From Felis catus (Eukaryota): a stretch of DNA of 64,000 nt. A program made the position numbers and the translations under genes. Positions 49,786-62,813 of the stretch are shown here, one piece after another. Under the pieces are notes generated by a model that saw nothing but the letters and a program-made list of their open reading frames with translations, was not told the origin of the DNA and made no database searches. Location: positions 185,506,001-185,570,000 of the forward strand of contig NC_058368.1 in the NCBI RefSeq assembly GCF_018350175.1, in the 5' to 3' direction. Numbering within the stretch: the stretch's first letter is position 1; every line of letters starts with the position of its first letter.

Positions 49786-52700
49786 TGAGAGAGTTGATGT
49801 CTTTCATGGGGAATGTTTTATTTATATTCTTAGAGACAGAAGTTTACCAGGAACCTATACCTAGGCAAAATATTTGGATGATTTATTAAATGCAAATAGC
49901 CTATGTCTTACCATCTTTATGAAATCTACAATAATGTTACAATTCTATATAATCAACAATGATTGCATTGTTCATTTGACACAGTCTTAAATTCTGTGAT
50001 AGTGCCCTATGAAAATGTGCTCACTATTTAACGAGAGTAACTATTTCTTTATGTCTTGCATCTATGACTAAACTGTAAGATGGGCAAGAGAAAAGACATA
50101 GTTTTTCATGTTTCTGCAGAATTCTAAAAAAAGTAAGCACATGATACATATTGGATCTTCCATGTCTATCTTCGAAGGTTTCTATTCCTTCACTACAACT
50201 TGTACTCATTTCCTGGCAAAATTAACTTTAATGTCTTAATTTCTTGGGTTAGGTCCATATTTTCTAATTTCTTCACAATTGACTTCTACAAATATTTATT
50301 GAGAACCCATTACATGCCAGCCACCTTGTTAGCTACTTGTAAATGTTTCTTGCCCTGAAAGAGTTCATAGTAGAGTAAGGGATGTTAGTTAGCCTTCCAT
50401 TTATTCTTCTATAGTCTTATTTATCTTCTTTACAACTTGATTTATAAGACTACCATAAATATTTCTTGAGCACTTAGTAGAAGCTCGATAAATATTTATT
50501 GAATAAAAGATAACATAATTGTGTGGAGTACTAGTACTGAACATTGTAAAAGATCAATGACTTTGGCTGAATGTTAAAGTGGAAGTCTGGAACTGCAAAG
50601 CATATTAAGAAGCAAAAAAAAATTGTCTCATGTAATATTAGAAAAATATAATTTCTCCTCTCCCCCCAAAAAGACATGAGTAGAATTAATCTAACTTAAT
50701 GGAACTTGAATATGGCTTCAAGAACCAAACTTTTACTCAACCGAGAGGATGTGTGTTTTAGATTATCAGCTTTAGTACCCAGAAATGAGATTGAGCAAAA
50801 TAATCACATCAACACTCCCTATGTTCTTCTGACCCAGTACCTGTTGTGCAGTTAGGTGTCTCTCAGTGTGGGCCAACTTGTGTGGAATTGCTGCTCTTCA
50901 AGACAGATTGAAATTTTACTGCCGGGATAAGTGCACTGTTAGACTGTTCCAAGGGAAATGCTCCTCCAAGGGGATAAGAGCAGCAATGCCCTCCCTGTTG
51001 GCTGAGCTAGTAAGGAATAAAGATGACTTTATGGCTTTTTTATATCTTTGGCATTTTTTTAGGCTAGAGAAAAAAAATCCGTTCTCAGTGAAAAAAGAAT
51101 GCCGTAGAATATAGGATAGCATATATCAAATACTCCTAACCTTTCCCTACCTTTGAGTAATCCCACGTTGTTTCATTTGTACAACCCCTACAACTCTGTA
51201 AGGATTTGTGTCTGCCAACGTTCATGAGGACAATCACTCACCAGGGTACAAATAGGTATATGTTTAACTCTTGTACTGTGGGCTGGGGAAAGGGAAGACG
51301 ATGGTACTGATATGGCAAAGGGGATATAAGAGAATATGTGGTATGACTCAATAAACTAGATTTCACAACACAACATTAGCTTCAGAAGCAAGCAGATTTT
51401 TGGTTATAGAATGGTAACTGATACTGCTCTGATCAAGAAAAGTGATAAATATTTTTTCATGCTGGGAGGAAAATAGGGTTTGTCATTTAAAATATCTAAA
51501 TCACTTAGGGACATGTTCAGGCCCAGAGCACTTCACTGTGGGTAACCTAGAGATAAAAAGCATCTTTTCTAAATTAGAAATTGTTGAATTGTCATGGAGT
51601 GTGAGAATTGAAGCATACATGAAGTGCTTCAGCACCATCAAAACATAAAGATTATTTGTAAGTGAATATAAGTACACGGAAGCTTCAAAAATTACTTTGA
51701 AGGGATTTTGCAAGGAATTCTGTTTTCCATGAGTGTGGAAGGGGATTTGGAGCCAGTCAAAATTGGGTAGTATGTTCAGGAGCTATTTGGATGTGGGGAT
51801 ATTAGGATAATATAGGAACAATACAGAATAACAATTCTTGTCCTATTTCCACCTTTATACTGTTGAGTTGCTTTCCTGTGAAGTAGGCTAATCTGGGCTA
51901 CTTGGGCCACATTGTCTTTATTGGTATTTCTAGCCGACAGTCGTTTTTTGCAGATCTGCCACGAATAAATGGAACCATTTCTACTTTTCTGGCTCACACC
52001 AAGAAACGTGAAAGCCCAAAGAAGAGAATTTTGGTCATAGTGAACAGGAAGACAACAGACACAGGTGACAAGGTTATACAAAGGAGAATCCTCATCAGAA
52101 AGAGTAACAGGAGAGCACTGACAAGTTTTCTAAATTGATGGGAGAATCAACTGAGGTAATAAAAAACTACATCCAGAAAACACCTGGTTTGATAACAAAT
52201 TCATGGTGGAAGGAAGAAATGTGATAAGAATAACAAGTAAAAGATAATATTTTGACTTCTTTAAATGATGATACATTTAATATTTAACACGTTCCAAATG
52301 TCCTCTAAGAATATAGTGCTTTGTTTTTTAAGTAGCGTTTTCAAAAATATTTGAAAATATCTGAAAATATTAAGGAAAAAAAAGCAACCATAATACTAAA
52401 GAACATACTTCTGCACAAATTCCTTGGTTGTTGAGGATCTGCAAGAATTTTTTCCCAACAGTCCTAAACCGAGGAATGTTTGCATTCAACTCTATCCTCT
52501 GTGAGGATATTGCTTTTTTCATTTTTTTAAATCAACCACTTAATGCATCTTGGAAAATTAATGAGTATTTATTATTCAGCTAAAAAATGATAAGAAAGTT
52601 ACTACTATAACTTTTGGTACTTTTGTACGTATTACTCATCTCCACAAAATATTGACTTTTTTTGTGTTTGGATTGGGGTCTAGACATGGGTACTTTTAAA

Positions 52701-54209
52701 AAAGCTCTTCATAGGTTTGTTTTTTTTTCATATTGTGTTATGATTGAGAGACATTATCACAGGGGAAAACAATTTCATTTGGCTTTATAATCCTTAGAAG
52801 TTTTTCACTGTTGCTGAATTATATTTTTGTATGGTTCAAATTGTCAGAGACATGGTAGAGAGAAATCCCTGAAAGATGAATCTTAAACCATTTGTATATT
52901 TGTATAGAAGAATCTTTAAAACCTATAAAACATGATCCAAATTCAGTTCCCAAAGGTCAAATGTCATAATAGTCTTCAAGAGTATCTGTCTCAATCATTA
53001 TTACCATGTATTAGCATGAAAAGTTATTGAAACATAAGACTCACATGAAATATATCTTGATTTGACCATATTAAACAGTATTTTATAAAAAGTGTTGTTT
53101 CCATTTTACAATAGAGGAGCTGAACAGAAAACATATTGGCTAGAAACTAAATAATTCATCTCTTTCGACCCCACTATGATTCACAAACTGTTTCAGGACC
53201 TACTTGCTGGAGCGGAACCAGCTTCATATTGATAAACCAATAGGAGAAGCTGATATTGGGAATGAATGCAAAATGTTAATTAGAAAAGTAGATGGGTAAT
53301 ATAAGCAAGAGCAGAAATTAAATGTCACAAAGCAAAACTTTCTAAGTTTAGAGACAGTAGCATTTACATTTAATATGACTTCTTCTTCTGATTCTTAAAT
53401 ACTTTCCCTAATCACTTGTCTCTTAATATCTGATTGCACTTGACTTTTTAGTGCACCTTGGCTGATTAGCAAACTTGTTTCATCAGGAGGAAAATGTGTG
53501 TGTTTACTAAAGGAGAGAGGCTGCAAGAGCCTCCAAGAAAAAGAAAATATTTTTGCCATGTTAATTTTCATGATGGAGTGAATGAAAAACAGCATGGACA
53601 CAATATGGTCATATTCCTTTGATGATTCAGCCACCTCACTCCTGCCATGCTCTGCTGGGACTCCAAAGGTATCTTAATGACCTTTTCAATTTATTCTGTT
53701 GGGATACTAGCCCTTTATGGAAAAATACTTTGAATGTAGCTCTCTGCTCTAGCAGAAGGAATTCTAATCCCAGTCAAGGTATATAAAGTTCATTGACTCT
53801 ACAGAGAAGGAGAGCACTATTTCAGGAGGAGGAAAATAAATCTCTCTGAAGAATCCCCAAGCAATTTACCAAAGTTTAATAAGCCTTTTATTGTGTTTTA
53901 AATAGGCTCTGCTACTTTATTACTCTTAATCATAAATATACATTAAAATTTATTTAAATAGTCACAGCGGATGCTCTGGATTAAAGCAAGTTTTGAAGTT
54001 TAATAGACTGTGAGTTCCTTTATTGCACAAAAAATATTAAATTATTACTTCTTTAAGGATCTAAATATTTGCTCATAGCATGTAGTCCAGAAATACATGT
54101 TCAAAAATTTCATGTGTTTGTAACTACTTTGTTTTGCAAACATTTAGAAGCATTATATAAATAGATTATTTTAGAAAGCTTGCAGAGGCTATATTACATA
54201 TAGGGAAAG

Positions 54210-54211
<2 letters not shown>

Positions 54212-54257
<46 letters not shown>
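54212..54257. repeat. (AC)23 microsatellite
   Basis: Read directly. Confidence 0.97.
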
Positions 54258-54258
<1 letters not shown>

Positions 54259-57200
54259 ATGATACCATAGGGAGGTTTTCACTGTCCTCTAAAGTTCAAG
54301 ACAGTTTGTTGTTGTTATTGTTCTTGCTGTTTCCCTCATGTTTTAGCAATAAAGTGATCCTTTCTTCTGCCATGGTTGAGGCTATAACCTAACAAATAGA
54401 AGGAGTGAGTGCACAAAAAATACTATGACAAAAGAAGGCTGCTAACCTTAAATTTGAGTTTATGGTCAAATCACAAACAGTTATCATTGCTTTCCAACAG
54501 TGAAGCATCAGACTGGTGTGTGTGGTGGATCCCATAACATTTCTCTGCCCTGAAGATCTATTTTCCCTTTCTTGTAGAATATCAAAAATTGCTTCATCAA
54601 AAATCTCATTAGCAATACGCATCAAGTATGGCTCTTACTGTACTGCAAACTTGGCTGCCCTTTCTATTTATATTAATTATGTCTTGAATTCAATGACCTA
54701 ATTTGATTTAATTTTCAATTCTCAATTTGTATTGTGTATTACCTGATACATTGTAGGCAAGTCTAATATAGGCTTACTAGTGTTAAAGCAGGTTAGTCAG
54801 TCTTTAAAATTTCAAGGAAAATAAAGTATGAATGATTTTAACAGAAAATAAATTTATTTAAGGATACTGGTAAGTTGCAGGTAAGATACCCAATTATAAG
54901 TTCTCTCCCTTACTCCATATTCTCATTATGTGTAATCTTTGAGGTAACTTTAAACAAAGTGCCCCATGCTTGACCAGCCAAGAGACAGACATGAACCCTA
55001 AGTCCAGGTTTTTCTCCAGAGAAATTAAATTTCAAGAAGTTCATGCAAGGATGGCCTGAAGTGCTTATCCGATTGTTTCTATTCCCTAGTTTCCTGAAGA
55101 TTTTTTTTGTTTTATTTTGTGTTGTTTTCTATTTTATGATTCCCTACATAAGTCTGCTTTACCTTGCCAGAATCACTTTCTACCAACAACACTTCTCCAG
55201 TTTCTCTCCAAACATATAAAGAGTACATAAATATAAACCATGATGAAGAAATGCATCACCAGTTTCTTAGTCCCTTTTCTTCAAACAAACAACTTCTAAA
55301 CAAATGAATACATTGAATTATTTCTCTAAAATCACACAGAGCATTTTCATCCTGGAAAGTGACCTCCTTGTGAAAAAAAATATATATGTGTATATGTATT
55401 TTTGTTGTTTGTTTGTTTTTGTTTGTTTGTTTTGCTGATCTATGAATCTGGCTGACCTGATACTGCTGATTTGTTACTTTAGTTGATGTTAAAATTTAAT
55501 TTCCAGGAACATTATGACATGTGCCGCTGATTGTATCCTTGCTAATCAAGGCCAAGACTGCTTTGGAACAACTGTATTACATAGGATAAGCTCCGTGAGT
55601 CATTTAAAGAGGCAGCTGCTGAGAGTGAAACCAAACCAAAATCTGTTCTAGTGAGGTCAAGTGAAGTGGAAGATGATTGTCAAACTTTATAAGGTTTACA
55701 TAGAACTTATTTTTTAATTGTGGGATTTTTGATTTCTTTTCTCGGCTTTAATGTGCCATATGGAATACAATAAAATTTGTCACTATCTTTTTCCAATTGC
55801 AAAGGTGGAGGGTTGAATCAACTCATAATCAAATTTTTAAAATAGCAGAGTTGGCTATTCCTGTGTGTTCTAATTTCCTTCCAGGAACACATTTCCTGCC
55901 ATACTGAATTTCATTTCTCTATTTATGTCAGTGGGTAGTTTCATGTATATAGTGCCTCTTAGAATCCAGTCATGAATTAGCCTGTAGAGCGAGTTGGCTG
56001 ATTTTTGCCATGTTTTTTTTTTTTTATTTTTTCTTGTGAAGCCTGTGATGTTTAATTTACATTCCCCTTGAGGTAGGGGAAATTGTAGTCATTATACAAC
56101 TGAGTTCCACTTGTCCTAAGCTTTTCTAATTTTTTTTTTTTATGGCTTCCTTGGTTGCCTGAGGGCAGAGTATGCCAGATTGATTTTGTTTCTAGGATCT
56201 TTCCCAATCTCTTTCTTTCTCACTCTTCTTGAGACTTCTTGTTCCTAGACTAGTTGGTATGTTTGTTTTGTTTGCCCTAAAGCCAAAGCATGATATATTG
56301 CATTACCTATCAAACCAATTATACAGTGTTTAAAATCTTCAAAAGAAATGTCTTTAAAAATATAGATTAGGGCTATAAATAGGCCATTTAAAAAGTTCAT
56401 TTTGCTAAATGTGAGCCATCATTTAGCCAATTTGTTAAAGCACAAATCCCATTATGTGGTTGATAGATTGTTAGTGATTATTTGGCTTTCCTCCATCTGT
56501 CCAATGAACGATACATGAAGAAACGAAAAATGACTGTTATTTTTAAAAATTCTTTATTTTAAGTGGAAATAGTTTATAAAGTCACCAACTATAAGGTCAT
56601 TTTTAGATTGCTGTGAGTCCATATCATTTGTGTTTCCCTCTGTTATAAAATATCTTTTGGACTGAATATGGCATATACTTATGGCCTTAAGCCATATAGT
56701 AGGAATGTCTTCAATATTCTTTTTCAGCATTGGTTAAAACAACAATGAAATTTATAAGCTATTCATAAATTAAAGGTTTGTTTTGCACTATATATTTTTT
56801 GTGGAGTGGAATATAAGATAGTTGTATAAAGAGCTAATCAATTATCTTCTGAATTTAATCCATCTGTACTTAAATGCTCTAATTCAGAATCCAAATGACA
56901 TTTTTGCCTGAAGACCTAAGTGCATGTCTAAAATATTTGTATTTATAGTAGACATATGCCTACTTGCATTTTTAATAGAGTAACTTCCTCAAATATATTT
57001 TTAAGGATATGTTGAAGGTTTTACCTTTGCCTTTTTTTAACTGAAGAAATATTCTCACATTCTTAGTTTTAGCACAGTGAATGCATATTTACTGAAGGAA
57101 CACAAGATATACATGTAAAATACAGAAGAATTACAGATTTAAGTTTTCTTATCTGGAACATGGAGAACAAATGAGTGAAGATGATAGATAGATTAGATAG

Positions 57201-57989
57201 ATAGATGATAGAAAAAAAGCAGAAAGAAAGAGATAAGGTTTTTGTGTGGTTTGTGTATTTGTTTCTACAGTAACTTAAAAAGTTGTAAAAATAATATAAT
57301 CTGGAACTGTTGCCTTACTTATTTTCCCATAAAAATGAGGTTTGTCTATGATAAATTCTGAAGAAATGACAAGGGAGTGGCCTGTCTGCTCACCTACCTT
57401 CTCTTTATTTTTTATTCTTTTTAAGAGAATAAGTAAAACCATTCAATGTATTACTGTTCCATTATCTGATTCCAAAATCTTTCAGGAGGTTTGAAGGCAA
57501 AGAATACACATGAGCTGAGCTAGAGCTGAGCCAAGTTAAAACATTTAGATATTTGAAGATTCAATATTGCCTGTGGTAATGCCATGCTTTGTATTTTTCA
57601 ATACAAAGAGAAAGATAAACTAGTTTTCGTACATATCTATCTGGGAGTTTCTGTACCTAATTATCTATAAAAAGTTCCTTTTCTCTCGTAGAAATCAAAC
57701 CTCTCCTTCTGCTGACTTTTTCCAAAAAGAAGAATTTAAAGTTGCTTAAATATCTATTAACTTAAGCAAATATATATTCATACTTAATTTTCTGAGGCTA
57801 ATACCCCCAACAAACCAACAGTCTCTTATTCTTCCCTTCTAGGGTTAAGATACTAAAAAAAATATCTAATTTTTCAGTTCACCTCTTTACCAAACATTAA
57901 TCACATAATAATTTGTCTTCTGTACTTAATCCTAAATTGAAAATGATTAGAACAAAGATATTAACAATTCCCTATATGTTAAATGCAAT

Positions 57990-58760
57990 GACTGATTTAC
58001 ATGCCTTATTTGATCTCTATACTGTCACTGTTGAGAACAACTACTTCCTCCTTAAAACAAGTTCTTTTGGCTCTTGTGACACTAGACTCCCTGTTTTTCC
58101 ATTTCTTGCTGTGGATAGTTGTTTCCTTTTCAGGTCTTCTGACTTAGTTAGCATTAGTATTGCCCTGAAGTCTGAACTAAGCCTACTGTTCTCCAGTATC
58201 TACACTCTCTAGGAAAATTCCTTTGCACTAATGGCCTAAAAGTCCAAAAAGTGATGATTCGCCAATCTTAGTATCTAGATCTCTAGAGTCAAATACCTGG
58301 TATTTACTCTTGGATATTATACTATATCATTATTCCTCCCCTCTCCTGCCAAAAAAAAAACCCAAAACCAAAACCAAAACCAAAACCAAAACCAAAAACA
58401 AAACCTTGCCATTCCTCCCATGTTTTCTCTTTCAGTAAGATTCTCACGCATGCCATTGCTGAGTGTCTCTTCCTCCACTCCAGACAACTTGTACCCATTG
58501 CTTTTGTCTTTGATGGTACCTCTTCCAAGAACCTTTGCTGAGCCCCTGAATTTGAATTACGTGCTCTCCTATGTGCTCCTGTGTCCATACAGCAACATTT
58601 TCTGTCTAGTCTTACTAATCATGAAACATGTCCTGTCTCCCTCTGTAGACATAAAATTATGTCAGGAATTTTCAGTGTTATTTATAGACTTAGACTCCCC
58701 AGGATAACACAAGTACCTAGTGCCTAGTAGACTTCAAATACTTCCTCAATAAATGAATAA
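57990..58760 (+). mobile_element. LINE-2 remnant containing a (CCAAAA)n repeat
   Basis: ctacttcctccttaaaac...tctacactctctagg...gtgatgattcgccaatc...cctagtgcctagtagacttcaaatac...aaatgaataaa tail. Hexamer run at 58362-58405. Confidence 0.6.
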
Positions 58761-58869
58761 AAGAGAAAATAGGAGGTAGAACACTTATAGCAAGTGAAGA
58801 GAAAGTAAATGTTACCCGGAGGTTGATTTCAGATCCTACCAAAAAAGCATGATAATAAAGTATAATTTT

Positions 58870-59340
58870 ATTTGCCAGATTTTTTTATTGCACGCAACTG
58901 GAAAACAAATAAAAGTGGCTGAAAGTAAAATCAAACAGACTTAAGCAAAATAGGGAGATTTATTGCCTCAAATTACTAAACGACTCCAGGTAATCCAATA
59001 GTAGCCAGATCTAGGGGCTCAAGTGATATCCAGAGTAATTTCTCTCCATTTTTTTGGCTCTGCTTTGTTTTGTATTGGCTTTACCCTGAGAAAAATCATT
59101 CTCCAAGCTAAGGTCTAATCGAGTATCTCTTCTTTATGACAAAAAAAAAAAAATCCTGGAATTGAGCTTCATTAGTCTGAGTTGGATTATGTTTTTATAC
59201 CAGAACTAATCATTTAGACTGGGAATCTGATACTCTGATTTACAGGCATTAGTTACATACTCTCCCCTTGAGGAAGAGGTACTGTCAGGTAGTTAAGTTA
59301 CATGAAATGAAGACGGGGGAAGATGGTTCTCAAATAAAAC
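58870..59340 (-). mobile_element. Ancient MaLR LTR (MLT1K-like)
   Basis: tcaaacagacttaagcaaaatagggagatttattgcctca...agatctaggggctcaagtgat...ggctctgctttg...tactctgatt. Confidence 0.6.
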
Positions 59341-59348
59341 ATGTTCTA

Positions 59349-60367
59349 TAGATGGTCCATGACTTACCATAGCTTGACTTAGGATTTTTTGACTTTACAA
59401 TGGTGGGAAAATGATAGTGTTCAGTAGGAGCCATACTTTAAATTTTGAATTTAGATATTTTCCCAGGCTAGTGAAATGTGGTACAATATTCCCTCTTGAT
59501 ACTGGGCAGTGATAGTGAGCGGGATTTTCCAGTCAGTCATGGGATCACAAGGATAAACAACCCATGCACGTACAATCATTCTGAACCCATACAACCATTC
59601 TGTTTTTCATTTTCAGTTACAGTATTCAATCAATTACATGAGATATTCCATATCTTATTATGAAATAGACTTTGCATTAGAAGATTTTGTCCAACTGTAG
59701 ACTAATGCTAAGTGTTCTGAGAATATTTAGCATGGGCTAGGCTGAGCTATGATGTTTGGTAGTTTGGATGCATTGACTGCATTTTTGACTTACAGTATTT
59801 TCAACATATGATGGGTTTATCCAGATATAACTCCAATTTTTTGAGGAACCTCCACACTGTTTTCCAGAGTGGCTGCACCACTTTGCATTCCCACCAACAG
59901 TGCAAAAGGGTTCTCGTTTCTCCACGTCCTCTCCAGCATCTGTAGTCTCCTGATTAGTTCATTTTAGCCACTCTGACTAGTGTGAGGTGGTATCTCAATG
60001 TGGTTTTGATTTGTATTTCCCTGGTGAGGAGTGACGTTGATATGCTAAGTGAAATACGTCATACAGAGAAAGACAGATACCATATGTTTTCACTCTTAAG
60101 TGGATCCTGAGAAACTTAACAGAAGACCATCGTGGAGGGGAAGGAAAAAAAAAGTTAGAGAGGGAGAGAGCCAAACCATAACAGACTCTTAAAAACTGAG
60201 AATAAACTGAGGGTTGATGGGGAGTGGGAGGGAGGGTGGTGGGTGGGTGATGGGCATTGAGGAGGGCACCTGTTGGAAGGAGCACTGGGTGTTGTATGGA
60301 AACCAATTTGACGATAAATTTCATATTAAAAATATATATAATTCCCATTTAAGTCAAGGAAGATCTA
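59349..60367 (-). mobile_element. MER47/Tigger5-type TcMar DNA transposon, interrupted by an L1
   Basis: Termini tagatggtccatgacttac... and ...taagtcaaggaagatcta are imperfect inverted repeats flanked by TA. The interior (acaaccattctgtttttca...ggctaggctgagctatgatgtt...gatgggtttatc) matches recalled MER47. Confidence 0.85.
59836..60335 (+). mobile_element. Second 5'-inverted LINE-1 (felid-type): inverted ORF2 piece 59836-60040 (-), 3' UTR 60041-60335 (+)
   Basis: The minus part is the ORF2 C-terminal region (ttgaggaacctcc...ttgcattcccaccaacagtg). The plus part runs tatgctaagtgaaata...G-rich tract...gttgtatggaaaccaatttgac. Approximate TSD atataactcca / atataattccca. Confidence 0.9.
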
Positions 60368-61960
60368 TATTATTAGTAGAAGTGAGAGTGGATTCTTTGC
60401 AGGCAGAATTAGTAAATCCGTCACTTATAGATGGGAGCACCAGATATATTCCTCATTTCAATGACCTATATTCATGGGAAGCGGAATTATAAAATCCCCT
60501 AAAACTGGTGCTCACCTTTTAAAAACAAAGCCCAAGTAAACTCTTGGCTGCTGGCTTTTTAATGGTATTCACAATGTAACTTTATACCTCAATCCCACTA
60601 AACTAATCATTTTAATGAGGACTAGGCATCTATAATTTTTATCTGAATGTTTTAAGAAACCAAGTGCTATTAATTAAAAGTTAAAAAAAATGAAATTTTA
60701 ATGACTTTCTACCTTGCCATGGCCCATAAACCTTGAATTCTCCTCCTTTCTCCCAGTATTTTTCAATTGAGCAGTCACATACCTACAAAAATAATTACTG
60801 CAGTTGCAAAGCTCCATGCCCAAAGCATAGTAGTACCTGCAGGTCCACTGTGTAATCATTTCTGAAAGTTACAAAGCACATTAAGCGAATTTCCCTCCTG
60901 GTTGTGAGGCGTCTACATATGTAGCTTAGGAAATGCAAAGCCAGCTACAAGGTATTTCTCCGTCCTCAAGGCAAAAGCAATTAGTATGCTAAGAAGCACG
61001 TGTCCTTCTAGGTCATGTCAGTTGCAAAATTCTTGCACGTAAAGCTGTCTTTTTAAAGATAAACAGGGCTTTTGGTGAATACAAAAGAGCAACAATCTTC
61101 TTAATTTCTGATACAAACACAGATGCACACATACATGCACACACATGCACAGCACAATCAAACTTGGAAGTTAGAAAAGCAACACAATTCATAATATTTC
61201 TGAATCTATCCACTGTCATTTGTACTGAGCTATCTTTTTCCAAGGAACTATAAATTTATATTCATTTTAGGAAATGTAACTTTGAAACACCATTTTAAAA
61301 GTGCAGCGGTACTTAGGCTATAATTTTGTAGGACATCTAGGTTAATGAACATGCCAGTATCATTCTAGCCTTTGAAAACATGCTGTTTAGAAAGGGAATA
61401 GATATCTTTATTGCTAAGCTCTTTATGGTTTCCAAGAAGAGACAAGGCCAGATTATCTTTGTTGCTGTGGATTTATTACAAGGACACATAGAAAGGAAGG
61501 TAGCAGGGGAAATAGCCTTAGCACTTTAACATTTATTCTGGATCTCAAACTTCCCAGCTTGCACAGATAGTCTCATAAAGAACTGGAACCTGAGCTCAGC
61601 ATTATTCAAAGCATCAAGTCTGAATCGCTGTAGCCTGTGCACCTGTAATTTATACTCCCTAAAGAGAGGATCTTGTTTGGGTAATGTGACACTTCAGATA
61701 GCATTTATTTTCCTTGATACTCAATCTTCACAGAGTAACTTTGGTTTAAGCACTATTCACTGGTCCCACCAAAGAAAGCCAGGAATGTTTTGCTCGTGCT
61801 GTGCACATGACATGAGCAAGGAGGAACCACTGGGAACGGCTTTCTCGAAAGAAGCATACCGTGCAAGATGGTAAGCTTTGGCGTAAAACTGGACTTTTCT
61901 CAAAATTCCTCACACTTTTTTTCAAAATTGCCACTTACAAAACATTTTGGAGCCTCGGAG

Positions 61961-62327
61961 TGGTAGTTAAGGTTGGCTAGGTTATGTTGTGGTAACAAAT
62001 AAGGCTCTAAAGTTTAGTTGCTTAACACAAAGGTTTATTTCTTGCTTATTTAATCTGATGCAGAACAGTGACTACTCCAAGGCAGCTGAACTCCACATGT
62101 AACTCAGCAAAGCAGTGTGATTCCATCTTGTGGCATCTGTCTTGTCAGATCTCTTCCAGGGGAAGGAAGAGCTTAGCAAACTCATACCCATTCTAAATAC
62201 TTCCAATAGCACCCACCACTTCTGCACATAGTTTGCTGTCCAGAAACAGTCCCATAGCCCCGCTCCCTCTGCGTACATTGGGAATTGTAGAGAAGCACAT
62301 CTGTGAGTGTGAAATTTTTCTGTCACA
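61961..62327 (-). mobile_element. Ancient MaLR LTR (MLT1I/J-like)
   Basis: ggctaggttatgttgtggtaacaaat...gcttaacacaaaggtttatttcttgct...ttccatcttgtggc...cacttctgcacat...tctgtcaca. Confidence 0.7.
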
Positions 62328-62813
62328 CTTAGTTGTCTCATATATAAAGTGGACATGCTCATAAAAGTGTGTAGGATTCTTACAAATTAGTGCTATGTAG
62401 TAAACTAAGACCACTGTAAAACAAATGAAAATTTAAATTTCTCATGTGCTTGGCACACACTGTTATATAGCAAGTACCAAAGGATAGCCTCCATTGTCAT
62501 TATTTCCTCAAAAGAAGAGCTACTGGTGTGGACATTTCATAGTATGTAAACTTGTTCTGTGGTACACTGTAACTTTTAAGGTCACCTCAAAAAATATTCA
62601 TAAACTGGTGATTTAACTTTAACCCCAAGTGAGTGAGATTTTAACAACGGCTATGATTCTATCATAATAACTGAAAACTTCTTTTTTTTCCAAGATGAAG
62701 CTTAGTTCAGGGCTGCAGTACTCATATAGTAGGATCCACTCTAGTTGTTGGGGGTCAGGACACATTTAATCAAAATTTCATAATCATTCCACGGATTTAA
62801 GAGGCTATATTCA

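Noticed and set aside
53772..53798. TATATAAAG flanked by a 6-bp inverted repeat
   Set aside because: TATA-like strings are common at this AT content and no other promoter evidence is visible.
58322..58588. ORF with GFGFGFGF repeat
   Set aside because: Produced by a (CCAAAA)n microsatellite inside an L2 remnant. It is not a telomeric repeat or an FG-type protein.
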